A DNA stretch of 64,000 nt from NCBI RefSeq assembly GCF_009914755.1, contig NC_060933.1; one strand, 5' to 3'. The DNA comes from the human T2T-CHM13v2.0 reference genome, Homo sapiens. Shown here piece after piece: positions 28,935 through 41,973 of this stretch. A model generated the notes under the pieces. That model saw nothing but the letters and a program-made list of their open reading frames with translations. It did no database searches and was not told where the DNA came from. Each line of letters begins with the position of its first letter. Position 1 is the first letter of the stretch. The position numbers and the translations under genes are program-made.

Positions 28935-30200
28935 CTCCTTCATTCATTGACCAATGTGCCAAGCACTGCCAGGTGCTGAGAATGCAAAGATGAATAGAGC
29001 AGGACTGTCTGGGAGGAGGAATAGGCATTAATAAAGAAGTACAATCATGTGCTACAGTGGCAATAACAGAATTATATAAGGGCACAGTGTGAGCAGAAGG
29101 ACAAAGAGGCTACTTTACCGCAGGGTCTGGAAAGATTTCATTGAGGTGACCTGGGTACTGGAAATTGAAAAGTGAGTCAATATTGTGCCATTTAAATGAT
29201 GGGAAATGCAGGAGCTCCAGGAAGTGTGGACAAAGGCATCTAAGAATGATAGAGCCAGTTGCATAAGGAAGGCAGTAAATTGCATCAGGAGCATGATGTG
29301 AGTATTAGAGGTAGAAGTGGGGCATGGTTAAGACATGAACATGGCAAGAGCAAAATCTGGAGAAACTGGCAGATGCTTGATCATAAATAGTCTTTTGTGC
29401 AAGACTTGGCTTGATTCTTCAGCAAAGAAGAATCATCAGGAAGTTTTAAATAGAAGTATTATTTCATAGGATTATGTCATAGTTGCATTTCAGCAACATC
29501 ATACTAATGGCATGGATTGGAGGGCCACAACATCAAAGGTAACAGAACCTAGTAATTCCTAACCAGCATCAGTCCCCTCTCCCTTCCTCCTTCCAATCAG
29601 AACTTCAGTTTTATTATTTACCCTCCTGTATGTGGTTAACCATCTGCAGATCCAGGGAGGGGATCTTGATTGGTTTAGGGCAATCATAAGTGGTTCTATT
29701 CCTCTTGCCAGTGATGGGTTTAGGCTTGGGGATGTGATATGACTTTCTTTATGAGTCTACTGAGAAAGACTTCTTGGGAAAGATTTCCTCCCTCTTAAAG
29801 AGACAGAAAAGATGCCTCCTATTTCCTGAATGTGGTTAAATTCGGATGTGATGCTCAAAGCTCAAAGTAATTGGTTAAAACAGTCAAAGGTAATGTGACT
29901 TCATGGATTAAAACACCATGAAGTCGCATTACCTTTGACTGTTTTAGCCAATTTGAGTCAGGATTTTTCCTATTTCGAGTCAAAGATATCTTAACTGGTA
30001 CAAGCAGGAAAAGTAGTTGCAAAACTTTTGCAATACTCCAGGAAAGACACAATAAGAATGAGAACTAGGGACTTGCTGTGGGACAGGAGAAGTGGAAAGG
30101 TTGCAGAAATGCTGAGACCATTGAATCTAAGGGATTTAGATTTGAAAGGAGACTAAAAGTATAGATTGACTCCTAGGTTCCTGGTTTGAGTGGCTGGTTA
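28935..30200 (-). mobile_element. L2 remnant interrupted by an old MLT1K/L-like LTR (+ strand, ~29560-30000)
   Basis: cattcatt...caatgtgccaagcactg...; LTR core gattggtttagggcaatcat...cttgccagtgatgggtttagg. Confidence 0.55.
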
Positions 30201-30312
30201 TAATGCCTTCTGGTTTTGCCTCATGCCAGAAGAGAACGCTTGCCTTGCTATGTAGCAGAGGGGTCCTAGAAATTGCTTGCACTGATCTTTGAATCCTGGA
30301 GCTGGGTTTTAT

Positions 30313-30345
30313 TGCTGATGCTGCTGCTGCTGCTGCTGTTGCTGC
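30313..30345. repeat. Imperfect (CTG)n trinucleotide repeat
   Basis: tgctgatgctgctgctgctgctgctgttgctgct. Confidence 0.85.
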
Positions 30346-30369
30346 TATATTCACTACTGCCTGAGGAAC

Positions 30370-30872
30370 TTGTTGCAATGGTTTCTTCTAGGTCCTCATA
30401 TCGTTCATTAGCACAAAAAACAGTGCACAATTTGTTTGTGCCATGTGCTTCCTATAGTGGAATTCCCTTGTTTCTGTCAAGGCAGAGAAAGCACTGCAGC
30501 ACCTACTTGATGCTCATGCATGTGTACCCTTGAAGTGTAAGGGAGTTAATACCCAGTGAGGGAATACTTTGACCAATGGGAGATGGCAGCTAATGAATAA
30601 ATCATTTTCCCTTTCTCCCCTTGGAAGAACTATTTGAGGATGAAGTAGCTTCATGTTGCCCCTTTGAAGATGTCCTATGACACCAAGCAATCAGTTTTTC
30701 ATAAAGCTGTGGCCTGCTCAGTAATGTACTGCCTTCCACTTGCTCTCCCTCCTTCTCTGCCTCACTCTCCTTTCTCCTACTCCTGTTTTCCTGAGATTAA
30801 TACTCCCTGATAAAGTGCCAGCCCAGAAGTCTTTGCCTCGTGCTCTGCAATTTAGGGAATCTAGGCTAAGAA
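30370..30872 (+). mobile_element. LTR16C/E-like ERVL LTR
   Basis: gggagttaatacccagtg...ttgaccaatgggagatgg...ctctgc...tagggaatctaggctaaga. Confidence 0.6.
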
Positions 30873-31107
30873 ATTGGCGGTAGTTACAGGAAAATCAACA
30901 CGTTTATTGACGTTTCCCTGTGATTCTGTCTTTTTCTGGGTTTCTGGAACTTCTCAATTCCAAAGCTAAGCCACCACTCTGAAGTTAAAGTGGACATGCC
31001 AATACTACAGACTCAGGAAATTAAGTGAAAAGAGGATTTAGGCAGAAGCTGTAAATTCATCAGAATTTTTCTGGTTCAGTGCCAAAAAAAGACCAGGGTC
31101 TAGCACA

Positions 31108-31430
31108 CTCAGCCCTCAGCATCTGTGAGTTCTGCATCCAAGGATTCAACCAATACATCAAAAATATTAAAAACAAAACACCCCATAAAAATAACCATAC
31201 AACAATTAAAATAATACAAATAAAAATACAGTAAAAATTATTCATATAGCATTTACACTGTATTAGATATTAATCTAGAGATGATTTAAAGCATACAGGA
31301 GGATGTGCATAGATTGTATGCAAATATCATGCCATTTTATACAAGAAACTTGAGCACCCACAAATTTTAATTTGGGGGGTATGTGTGTATCCTAGAACCA
31401 ACCTCCCATGGATACCAAGGGATGAAAATA
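31108..31430. mobile_element. Tigger3/MER2-group DNA transposon fragment
   Basis: gttctgcatccaaggattcaacc...gagatgatttaaagcatacaggaggatgtgcatag...cccatggataccaagggatg. Confidence 0.8.
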
Positions 31431-31879
31431 CAATATTTTAAAGAGCTTATTAGTTGGTTGCTTCATCCAACTGAACTGCTTTTTAATGATTTTATCCTCT
31501 TTATTTTCTTACATTCTTAGCCTGCAAGCAGACATTAAAACAAAGTCATCTATATTAGATATTACTATGTCATACAGAGCCTTCTATATAAGCCTTTAGA
31601 AAGTCAGTAGTTGCCCCAAATTGGCACTTCATGGCACTGTCTTAGAGGAAGAGTGAAAGTGTTGGAAATTCAACTCTAGGAACTTTCTAAAATGCTTTGT
31701 GTTCAGTGGCTAGGCAATCCACCAGGCAGAAGTTAATTTCAATGAAATCCTATAAGTGAAGTATTAATCCATCAAGTCCCTCTTTTTTCTAACCCCCTCC
31801 CACGCACAGCTGGTGCACTGAGAATATCACCTTATCAACCTGTCCCTACCTTAATGAGTTTGCAAAGGTAATATATAGT

Positions 31880-32240
31880 GCCATTTACCAAATATTTCTG
31901 TTTCTTCTTATGGGCAGATGTAGATTTGCATTTCCCTGCTTTGTTGAAATTAGGAGTGACCATATGACTTGCTTTGGCCAACGTAATGTAGTTATAAGTA
32001 ACACTGGCCATTTTCAGGTGGAAGATTTAAGAACTAGCTGTGTGATTTGCTAGGTCCTCCTTTCCTCTACAACAGGAACTAGTAGCGCTTTTCATGGAGG
32101 CTGTTCCATCAGCCTGGGTCCTGGAGTGAGAATGATACAGATTAGAGAAATAAAGCTCTGTTGGATTAAGCTGCTGACATTTAGGAGTTGATTGTTACAG
32201 CAGCATAGCCCTGACTCACAAGCCTGGATAAGCTGTATCT
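31880..32240 (+). mobile_element. MLT1J-like LTR
   Basis: catatgacttgctttggccaa...agcctgggtcctggagtgag...gagaaataaagctctgttggattaagc. Confidence 0.65.
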
Positions 32241-32872
32241 TTGAGGGTCCGATGATTTCATGATTTCTGATTCTGATTCCCCAGTTGTGTGGCAGCATTC
32301 CAGAGCTGTGCTGAGACTCTCCAAGAAGTTGCTTACTAAATTTTTCCAGCCACCATGTGGTTAAGTGTTTTTACCGCAATTTAAAATTAACCTCAAAAAG
32401 ATCAAGGTCACATGTCGCCATCTTGAAAGGACCAGAGATGTGCTTTGAGTGCACATATCTTGGTTAGAAAGCCACCTATTGCATTGTACCCTAAAGCCCT
32501 CAGCTTCCTTTTTCACAATTACCCTAAAAATCAGTCTGTGACCAATGCTTATTCACAGTCTTCTTGGCTCTCCTGGAGAGCTGCACTTTGCTTTCATACC
32601 AAATGAAAGCATTTCCTTTTGCTGACTCTGGCATCTTTCTCTAGTAACCTTTCAGGAAGCAAATCTACTCAAGCTCAGGATGCTGGCACAGATATACTCC
32701 TGCTTCACTCACAGGCAGAAGATCTGTTCAGAGGGTCCCCTTTGGGCTTAAGGGACCAAAGAGATCAGTTAAACCTAGACTCATTTTCTATCACTTTCTC
32801 TTTACCTTTATTACAGAGAATTAGTCTCAGAAATGAGTTATTGTGATATCTAACTTAATGAAACTAGTCTCT

Positions 32873-33332
32873 ATACTGCACTGAATAGTGTCTACCTCCC
32901 CAAAATTCATGTCTATCCAGAACCTGTGAATGTGACCTTATGTGGAAATAGGGTCTTTACAGATGTAATCAAGTTAAGATAAGGTTGTAATGAATTAGGG
33001 TGGGCCCTAAATCCCATATGGCTGGTGTCACTATGAGAGGAGAGAAATTTACACAGAAACACGTACTGGGAGAATGCCATGTAACCACAGAGGCAGCACT
33101 TGGAATGATGCATCTATAAGCCAAGGAGCACCAAAGACTGCCAGCAACCAGCAGAAGCCAGGAAGAGGTAAGGAAGGATCCTCTCCTAAAGCCTTAAGAG
33201 GGAGCATGGCCCTGCAGACATCTTGATTTCAGACTTCTAGCCTCCAGAACAATGAGAGAACAAATTTCAGTTGCGCTTAGCTACTGACTTTGTGGTAATT
33301 TGTTATGGTAGCCCTGGAAAACTGAATCAGAC
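32873..33332 (+). mobile_element. MLT1B/C LTR
   Basis: ccccaaaattcatgtctatccagaacctgtgaatgtgaccttat...gcctccagaac...ggtagccctggaaaactgaa. Confidence 0.88.
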
Positions 33333-33667
33333 TTAAAATCCCAAGCTATAGAAAAAAATTATATATATATATATATATATGTAAGCAGATACTGTTTTTT
33401 ACCATCACAGCCTGCTCCCCTCACATTCCAAAAATCACATAGCGAAATGTCAGTTTATCAACCTAGAACACAAAACAAATGACTTTCTGTCACCCCTAAA
33501 ATCACCCTGCAGTACAGGCTTTGCATACAGACAGAACTGAGTTTGTATGTAGCTCTGCCACATAGCAGTTGTTTATGCTAAAGCAAGTTAGTTAACTTTC
33601 TGTAGCTCCAATCTCTTTGTCTATACTATTAGCCTAACAATATGTATTGCATTTGTTTGTTGTACAG

Positions 33668-34174
33668 CGCAGTGGGCATTTGCCATTCTTTGGTGCCTCT
33701 CAGCATCAGAACTCCCTTCCTATGTTTGGGGAATGCCCCACATTCTAAGGCAGCACCAGCCTCTTGCTAGGGAAGCGAAGGTGTCAGCTAAAGCACAAGC
33801 ATGACCCAGGCTCTGCCAGGAAGACGTGCTTTGCATGGGAGCTCAGACGGTGAAGATGTAGGGACTACATGGAGTCCACTATGGTGAGGTCACAGTAACC
33901 TCCAGACCCTAGAGCATCAGAGGGAAAGTTCTTAGGACAACACTCAAGATTGGTATTTAGTGAAAGCTGTGCACGTTGCAGTGTCTATGTCTGGCTGCAT
34001 TGCTGTCTTCCTGAGATCAATTCTGCAACACGATTTTGAAAATTATTCCAGATACTTAGCTTCTAAGACTCATTTTCTGATGTTCCTGTAACATTTAAAG
34101 AAATCCTCTCACCCCACCTTAAATTAATAGAATTAGTTTCTGATGCTGGCAACTAAGAACCTTGACTAACACAC
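33668..34174 (+). mobile_element. Ancient ERVL-class LTR (LTR67B-like) nested in a MIR
   Basis: gtgggcatttgccattctttgg...cccttcctatgtttggggaat...gtttctgatgctggcaactaagaaccttgactaacaca. Confidence 0.5.
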
Positions 34175-37100
34175 AAAGATGAAATTAGATAGGATATGTG
34201 AAGCCCCTAGCAGGAATCATAAGTAATTTCCTTTTCTTTCTACTCCTACCCACAGGCTCTGAACAAGGATTCTGCCACCACAGGGTTAACATCTATGCTG
34301 GTCAAGAAGTAGAGGGTCAGTAGAAATGGAGGGAAGCAAGCACTTACAGACAGCCCTATGCGGCAGATCTAGGCTATAGCCTTTATTCCAGTCAGTGATG
34401 AAGGTCAGGCCTCATTAGTGTGTGCGGTGTGTTAAAGTGAGGGATCATTTCAGAACAGGATTAGAAATGGACTCAAAGGCCTTTGACCAAACTGATGATA
34501 AGCCCACACCAAAGAAAACTCACATCAGAAGAACCAAAGCTCAGGCTCTGCAAATCTGAATATCAGCTGACAGTCTGAACAGGTTGCTTTCCATGTTTGT
34601 TGTTATTTATGTTTTCTTTTAAGCTTTCAAATCCCTAAATCCCTTCTGCCTAAGCCAAACTCACATTTGGAGGCACTAAGCAGCTGTTGCAACTGGGGAT
34701 TCTCTCCTCTGTGAAAACACTGATTTTAAAAAATAATAAGCTCTCAGCTCCTGCTCACTCTCACAAGTTTCCAGCAACTGGTGCCCTGACAAATGAAGTG
34801 TCAAAACATTTTCAAATTAAAACCCCACAGCTCACACAGCCCCAAACCCTCAGCAGGATGGACTTTCCCTGCTTGTGCCCAGTGCACACTTAAAGAAACT
34901 AAAAATAGCCAGATGGCAATTAACAGAAACTCCAAGAAGGGGAGATGGGTTGGATTCTAGTGGGGTCAGTTTCCTGGAAGGATTCCAAATGGAGTTCTCA
35001 GCCAGCAGTGTGCTCTGGCCAAGAAATGATTTTCATTAAAACTACATGGAGGAGGCAGAATGAAAAATCAAGATTTGGAAGCTTTAAAGTTATAGCAGAG
35101 GTGGAAACCCGTGACCATCAATAATAATAATCCTTGCTAATACAGAGTTCATAGACACTATATCATCTTGAACTTGTAAGAGCTCTAGAAAGTAGCTACT
35201 ACTCTTATCATTTTCCTACTTTTATAGACAAAGAAGCCAAAGCCCAGAAACTGTAGACAACCTGCCCAAGATCTCAAGACAAACAGGACAAAGGTCTATG
35301 GCAGGTATATGGTAAGTGGTCAAGCAGGAGTTTCCACTCAGCTCTCCGGCTCCAGAACTCATGAATGTAACCATTGTGCAAGGCAACCTCATGTATTCAT
35401 GGGAATGTTTAAGTAACCAAAATGTTTTTATCCCATCCTTAGGCCTGGAGCAACAAAAATCTCCCTTAGCAATTTTAGCCAACCTTCCCATGGGCAATGC
35501 CTTTCAGGGATTATGTGTACAGGCTCCAAAGTTAGACTAAGTGGGTCTTATTCTGGCCTTTTTATTTCTAGTTGTATAAAATCAGGTAAACTATCAACCT
35601 TCCTGGGCCCTTATTCTCTCATCTGTAAAAGGGCAATAATATTAGTATTTATCTCATAAAGTTGTGATGAAGATTAAAAGAAACGGTGTGTGGAAAGCCC
35701 TTAGCATGGTGCTTGCCCATACTAAGCTCCTCAATAAATAATAACTATTGTTATTGATCATTCTAAACCCCTGTGCTTTTAGGCAGTCAATTTCAATGCC
35801 CTTTTAAATAGTCAATTTCAATGAGGAAGAACACAAGGATTTAGTGAAAAAGGAGCATCCTCCACAGACCCCCAGGCGTTATTCCAGAATGCTCTTCAGT
35901 ATGATGTAAGCAAACAAAAAAAGGACTAAAAAAGATTTTGCATTTGCGATGGATTTGGTGGATTTGGAGTGAGGGGTCCCAACCATCCTGGTTTGTTCAG
36001 AACCAGAGGATTCCCGGGACACTAAAGTGGGTCAGTTTTCTCATTCATTTTCAGAATGGAGGAAATATTTACTCCCAGGAGAGGGCAGTAATGGAATTAA
36101 GAGTGGTCATTTACCCTCCCTCTTTTTTCCCCTTAGCAGGAATGATTCACCTTGATGGTGACATTGGGAAATAGGATGGAGCAAGCATAGTGCATGCGCT
36201 TGGGAGGGGTCGGCCTGCCCACTCCAAACCAAGTGTGTGCCCTTGAGTCCCCCATGTGAGAACCTTATGGGGCAGGCTCTGGACTTGTTTGGGAGACCAG
36301 TAGTTCAGCATGTAAGTGAGTGGAAAAGTTCGGTTTCGGAGCAGAAGATTTAGGAAACTGCATTTGGCAATAGGTCTGAACCCTGTTCTCCAAACAGCAA
36401 CAATAACATTGATATTGTGATTTCTTCATGACATCTGTGTCTATTTCTAAATTGGTTCAGAACTCAAAGAAGGAAAGGGATATAATTAATTATCAACCAT
36501 GTGATTAATTATCACCTTCATAACCCCTAACAGATGGATGCCTATTTCATTTCATTGGCAGATGAAACTATTTCAGGCAGGCAGGGAAAGGGTATTTTGT
36601 AAAATCAAAGGAAGTTAGAGCTGGGAGTGACCTTAAAGATAATCTAGCCCAATATCTTCATTGTTATAGATGAAAAGATACAAAAATGAAATGGCCAAGT
36701 GATACGATCCATGTGAAAAGTCTGTGAAAGACTTTTATAATGTAAGTTATCAGTGTCATTAGTAGTTTAGGGAGTGGTCTTTAAAATTGTAACCAGAATT
36801 TAAAATAGATCATAGATAACATAGAAAATAGATTGTAGATTAAAACTAAGTCCCTATACAGAAAGAGAATATTCCCTAAATAAAACTAATACCTCCAGGA
36901 AACATGCTCAAACCGTGAAGAAGAAATCAGCAATTCAGAGCTAAATTTTATTTTAATCGGAAAAAACCTACCTTAGGTTGACAAGATTGCTTACTTACAA
37001 CCTTAAAGGCCAGATAAGCTCAAAAATGAACTAGTTTTTCTCCTTTGTCTTCATCCTGCCCATCTATCCTAGCAGATCCTCTTCACTGGGAATGTTTACT

Positions 37101-37311
37101 TCGTAACTGTTAACAGGCTTGTCCCACTGGCAAAGTAAGGTTGTTTGCTGGGCACCTCAAGACATATGATATATAAGACTCTTTGGCTAAACCCCGCCAT
37201 TTCTGGTCTCACCTTTGCCTTTTACCCATTACTCTCACCCATCAGAGCACACAGAGGTGGCTTTTAGATAGAGTCCAGTCCTAGGTGGGTTGGACAAGGC
37301 CCACTTCACCC

Positions 37312-37315
37312 TCTC

Positions 37316-37359
<44 letters not shown>
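37312..37359. repeat. (CT)n microsatellite
   Basis: ctctttctctctttctctctctct... Confidence 0.95.
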
Positions 37360-37362
<3 letters not shown>

Positions 37363-37364
37363 CT

Positions 37365-38910
37365 GAATTGAATACAGCTGTAACACCTGGACAGAATGCC
37401 TAGAGCAACTACTTGAGGACTCCGAAGAGTTAAGAACGTCAGGCAGATTAGGAAATGCATTAGTCCGTTCTCACGCTGCTACTAAAGACCTACCTGAGAC
37501 TGGGTAATTTACAAAGGAAAGAGGTTTAATTGACTCACAATTCCACATGGCTGGGGAGGCCTCAGGAAACTTGTAATCATGGCAGAAGGGGAAGCAAACA
37601 CATCCTTCTTCACATGATGACAGGAAGGAGAAGTGCCGAGCAAAAGGGGAAAAGCCTCTTATAAAACCATCACAGCTCATGAAAATTCATTCACTATCCC
37701 AAGAACAGCATGAGGGTAGCCACCTCATGATTAAATTACCTCCACTGGGTCCCTCCCAGGACATGTGGGGATTATGGGAACTACAATTCAAGATGAGATT
37801 TGGGTAGGGACACAGCCAAACCATATCAGGAAATAAGACTGGGATTTGAAATATTACCCAACCAACAGTGAGTTAACTCCTTTCTTCCCCCAGTAAACCC
37901 TGGCCTAAAGTCAACACACCAGAAATGAGCACCAGGGTACAAAGAGAGCTCCTGAGACACCCTGTAGTTCTGGCTTTAGCAGCAGAAAAGTAAATTTCTA
38001 ATAGTCAGGGTGTGAAAATTCTCTGTGTTGCTCTCTTCTCCCCCTCCTCTCTTCCCTCTATTTCCCTTCCTTTTCCTTCCTTCTTCCACACTCCCGTCCC
38101 CAAGAATCTTGTGGTATTGGCAACATCAGCCTGCATTAACCAAAACTATAAGGGAAGGAAACCTTTCTCCCCATTCAGTGGAGCTGTCATTCCCAAGCCT
38201 GGGCTGACCCCCAGTGCTTTTTTTTCTCTCTTGGTCTCTCTCTGCTTGGCCAATATGCAGGCAAAGTCGTGGAAGTACATGGCAGAGTAAACTTGTTGGC
38301 AAGAGACTGAAAAGTGGTCACAGGGAACCAAAAAGTATCACAGAGAGGAAGGAGCTTGGCAAAGCAGCTCCATACAGTTTCTTTTATAAGTTCCTGGGGT
38401 CATCCTCAGCCGGTGCATGCATGGATCTGGTACTAATTAGCATACCAAAACTTTGAGAACTCTGCCCAGGTGCCAGGCTGACCACTGGGTGACATACACA
38501 GAGGACAGATCCAAATAGCACCGCCAAGGCTTTGAAAAATGAACTGACATAGGAAACATAGCCCTCAGAAGACCAACTATGGGGAAGGAACTTGCAGCCC
38601 GAACCCAATCAAGAAGAAATGGGAAAACCTCAATTCCTATGGGAAAAGATAATCAGCTGAAACTAACACTGCCATGACATAGAGGTCAGAACAATCTGAC
38701 AAAGACTTTTAAAGCAGCTATTATTTAAAAAGTTCCAACCGGCAATCATGAATACCACTAAAACCAATGGAAAATAGAAAGTGTCAGCCAAGAAACAGAT
38801 GATATAACAAAGTGCCCAATGGAAATTTTGGCACTGAAAAATATGATAACCAAAATAAAAACTTCACTGATGGGCTCAATAGCAGAATGGACATGACAAA
38901 GAATAGAAAG
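37365..38910 (+). mobile_element. Old L1 (L1ME/MD) 5' end and start of ORF1, interrupted by THE1
   Basis: ORF1-type gacaaagacttttaaagcagctatt...gatgggctcaatagcagaatgga; upstream 5'UTR-like sequence continuous across the THE1 TSD. Confidence 0.6.
37456..37828 (-). mobile_element. THE1 solo LTR
   Basis: tgcattagtccgttctcacgctgct...ggacacagccaaaccatatca; TSD ggaaa. Confidence 0.95.
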
Positions 38911-39109
38911 CCATGTGCAAACCAGCTTCTGGCTGGGGGCCTATTTATCACTACCTTTCATGCATCTTTCCCTCTGTTTTCATTAAATATTGTTGTATAA
39001 TAATACTGTACAGTTGTATATACTTGTATGCGGTTGTATAATTGTATTGTATACAACTATAACTACTGTTATGCAACAATAGTTAGTGAAAACAGAGGGA
39101 AAGATGCAA

Positions 39110-39602
39110 GAATATTTAGTGACTTAAACCAGGAACAATTTATGAATTCTCTCAATTCTGTGGGAGGGCTGGGCAGTTTCTCTCCTGGTCTTGCTTGGAT
39201 TTGTTCATTCCTCTGCATCCGGCAGGAGGGTGGGTTGGACTGGAAGACCCAAGATGGCCTCGCTCACAGGTCTGGCAGTTGTTGGTGATGGCTGTTGGCT
39301 GAGGTGCTTCAGTTCTCCCTGTGACCTCTGAACTCTAGCAGGCTAGACTCCTTCACAGTATGGTAATCACTGGGTTCCAAGAAATGGAGAGCAAAAGCTA
39401 TAAGGCTCATTAGGGCCTAGGCTCTGGAACTCACACAACATCACCACTGTCATATTCTATTGGTCAAAGCAAGTCACAAAGCCAGCACAGAGATAAGGGC
39501 CAAAAAATTAGAATGCTCTTGATGAGAGAAGCAGCTACATGACTATGTATGTGTGGATACAGGGAGGCATGATTATTGGAATAATTATTTCAATATTCTA
39601 CA
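39110..39602 (-). mobile_element. MLT1F/G/H-like LTR
   Basis: ccaagatggcctc...tattctattggtcaaagcaagtcacaaagccagc. Confidence 0.7.
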
Positions 39603-40054
39603 ACAACCTCCCTGGGAAGTAATGCTGCAAAGCTAAAGGACCATGGATCTACAATTGTTATGTCAGTAGACTAGACTGTGAGGCTGAGAGAACTTCAGCA
39701 TTTTGCCTAAGATCACACAGCTAGTTAAGGAGAAAATATGAAACTAGATCCCATACTGCCGAGTCTTTGGACTAGTACTGTTGCCTGAGAGATAAGCTGT
39801 TGAGTGTTCTGAACAGTTTGTCTCTTTAACAGGTAGAATAACCCTGGACAACAGGTGTATAATGTGCTGGCAACCATTCATCATTCATATCCATTTCATT
39901 AAGGAAATAAACGCATGTACTTGTGGAGTCTATGAAAAAATTGAAATAGAGTGTCTCATGAAGAGCTATTTATTATGTAGCAATAAAGCTCCTAAACTGT
40001 TCGATGCACCAAAACAGTGCATTCAGTCTCTCGAGTTCCTGGCACTCAAAGGTT

Positions 40055-40648
40055 AATAATTTTAGTGAGATGAATTCACATAACATCCAATTAACCATTA
40101 ACTATTTTAAAGTATACAGTATGGCGTCATTTCAGACGTTCATTACATTGGGCGACCATTACCTTTATCTGGTTATAAGATATTTTTATCACCCCAAAAG
40201 GAAGCTCCGTCCCCGTTAAGCAGTCACTTCCTACTTCCCTTCCTCCCTCAACCCTGGCAGCCACACCACTAGTGCACTTTCCATCTCTATAAATTTATCT
40301 ACTCTGATGCTTCGCATAAATGGAATCACATGACCTTTTGTGACTGACTTCTTTCACTTAGCATTTTTTTGGGGGTTCACCCATGGTGATGCATGTATCA
40401 GCACTGCATCCCTTCTTATGAATAATACAAATGTGAATAATAGTCATAATACTCCATGTGTAAATATACCACATTTTGCTTATATATTCTTCAGTTGATG
40501 GGCATTTGGATTGTTTCCACTTTCTGGCTATTTTGAATAGCGCTGTTATGAACATTTGTGCACAAGTATTTGTTTGAATGCCTGTTTCAATTCTTTTGGG
40601 TGTATAGCTAGGAGGGGAATTGCTGGGTCATATGGTAATTCTACTAAA
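40055..40648 (-). mobile_element. L1MB/MC 3' end, ~70 bp into the intron after the 105-nt exon
   Basis: ORF2 C-terminal [10 protein letters not shown] and [20 protein letters not shown] in the ORF track; ttgatgggcatttggattgtttccac. Confidence 0.88.
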
Positions 40649-40719
40649 GCTTCATTTTGATTCTGGTCTTGAAAACGTTTCTGAAATGCATGAGATTCAT
40701 AACCTGCTGCCGGCATTAC

Positions 40720-40824
40720 CTTGTCTCTAAAGTCAATGTGATTCTGGAGGACGGCTCTGTGGTAAGTGGCTGTCCTCACAAAATCTTGCATCATGTTCTG
40801 CTGTTGAGAAATGCAGCCATAAAA
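40720..40824 (-). pseudogene. CARM1P1: CARM1-like exon (equivalent to CARM1 exon 4), 105 nt, open frame
   Basis: Acceptor ctcttttctctttcccttatag|TTTTAT and donor GACAAG|gtaatg; phase 0-0. [35 protein letters not shown] is 27/35 identical to recalled CARM1. Overlaps the start of track ORF 40546..40794. Confidence 0.95.
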
Positions 40825-41132
40825 CTATAAGGGAAAGAGAAAAGAGGGGGAGTAAACAACCCACAAAGTCAGCACGATCATGAGCATCTGGTTCTGACAG
40901 GCACTTTGGTCAGGGAAGGCATGATCTTTCACAAACAGAGAAGCTGAGGCTCTGAGAGACATAGTGACCTGGCCACGTTGGCCCTATATGTAAAGCATAG
41001 AATTCTAAGTAGATCCCAGACTTCTGACTACATAGATTCAATAGATTTGGACCTAGGTATTGATGAGATAAGTACTCAAGGTCCCTTCCTAAATCAGAGG
41101 TTGTGAGAGAGCACATATTGAGAATAATAGAC

Positions 41133-41292
41133 AAGTTGGGATGGTTGACACCTGCAATCCCAGAACTTCGGGAGGTTAAAGTAGGAGGATCACTTGAGCC
41201 CAAGAGTTGGAGGCTGCAGTGAGCTATAATCACACAAGTGTGATCCAGCCTAGGCAAGAGAGCGAGACTCTGTCAAAAAAAAAAAAAAGAAA
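41133..41292 (+). mobile_element. Alu monomer (FLAM/FRAM-like)
   Basis: cctgcaatcccag...ggaggatcacttgagcccaagag...gactctgtc then A-tail. Confidence 0.8.
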
Positions 41293-41866
41293 AGAGGCAA
41301 GAGAGAAAATAGCCAGGACCAAAAGGGATGGCCTGCCCTGATGAGCCCCATTAGCCTCGACAGGAAAACAGAACTTGGATAGAAATCCTGGTGGAGGTGG
41401 AAGTGGGGCAGAAGGCAATGATTGTGGTAATCCTGATGGAAACAGAGGCAAGCCAGTTGGGTGATCTGGTGCATATAAATCCAGCGCTGAACGCTGGTAA
41501 GAAATATTATTGTTGTAATTGCCACCATTTTGTGGAGCTTTCTATGGGCCAGGTACCATGCTAAGTGCTTCACAGTCTCATCTAATTAAATTAAAGCATC
41601 ATGACAATCAGGTGAATTATGTTCCTCAGATGAGGAAGCTGAGGCTCAGAAAGATCCAGCAACTTGCCCAAGTCCTGACAATGTAATAAGTGGCAGAATG
41701 GGGATTTAAATCTATGTAAGGCTGATGCTGCTGGCCTGGTGACCACATTTTGAGAACCACTGCAATAGAATAGAAATTATCTCCTCTCCACCCACCCTGC
41801 CTCGATGTGTTCAGAGGCACACCTTGAAACAAATCAGTTTATTCCACCCAGGATCACCCTCCTGAC

Positions 41867-41973
41867 CTGGAAGTACTGTGCAACAGACGCTGCTTCGGTC
41901 CACTGGCTGAACGCTGAGTATTCCTTTTTTTTATTTTGGCATATTTTCAAAGTATTTGCAAATGCACTGAATT
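41867..41973 (-). pseudogene. CARM1P1: CARM1-like exon (equivalent to CARM1 exon 3; end of N-terminal PH-like domain and start of the YFxxY helix), 107 nt, open frame
   Basis: Minus-strand acceptor tttttatccttgcag|AATTC and donor TTCCAG|gtcagg; phase 1 to 0. Translation FSAFANTLKICQNKKKEYSAFSQWTEAASVAQYFQ is 17/35 identical to recalled CARM1. Lies within track ORF 41834..42085. Confidence 0.9.

Noticed and set aside
30136-30533. Poly-Ala and poly-Leu (signal-peptide-like) ORFs
   Set aside because: Produced by a short imperfect CTG repeat between L2 and LTR remnants.
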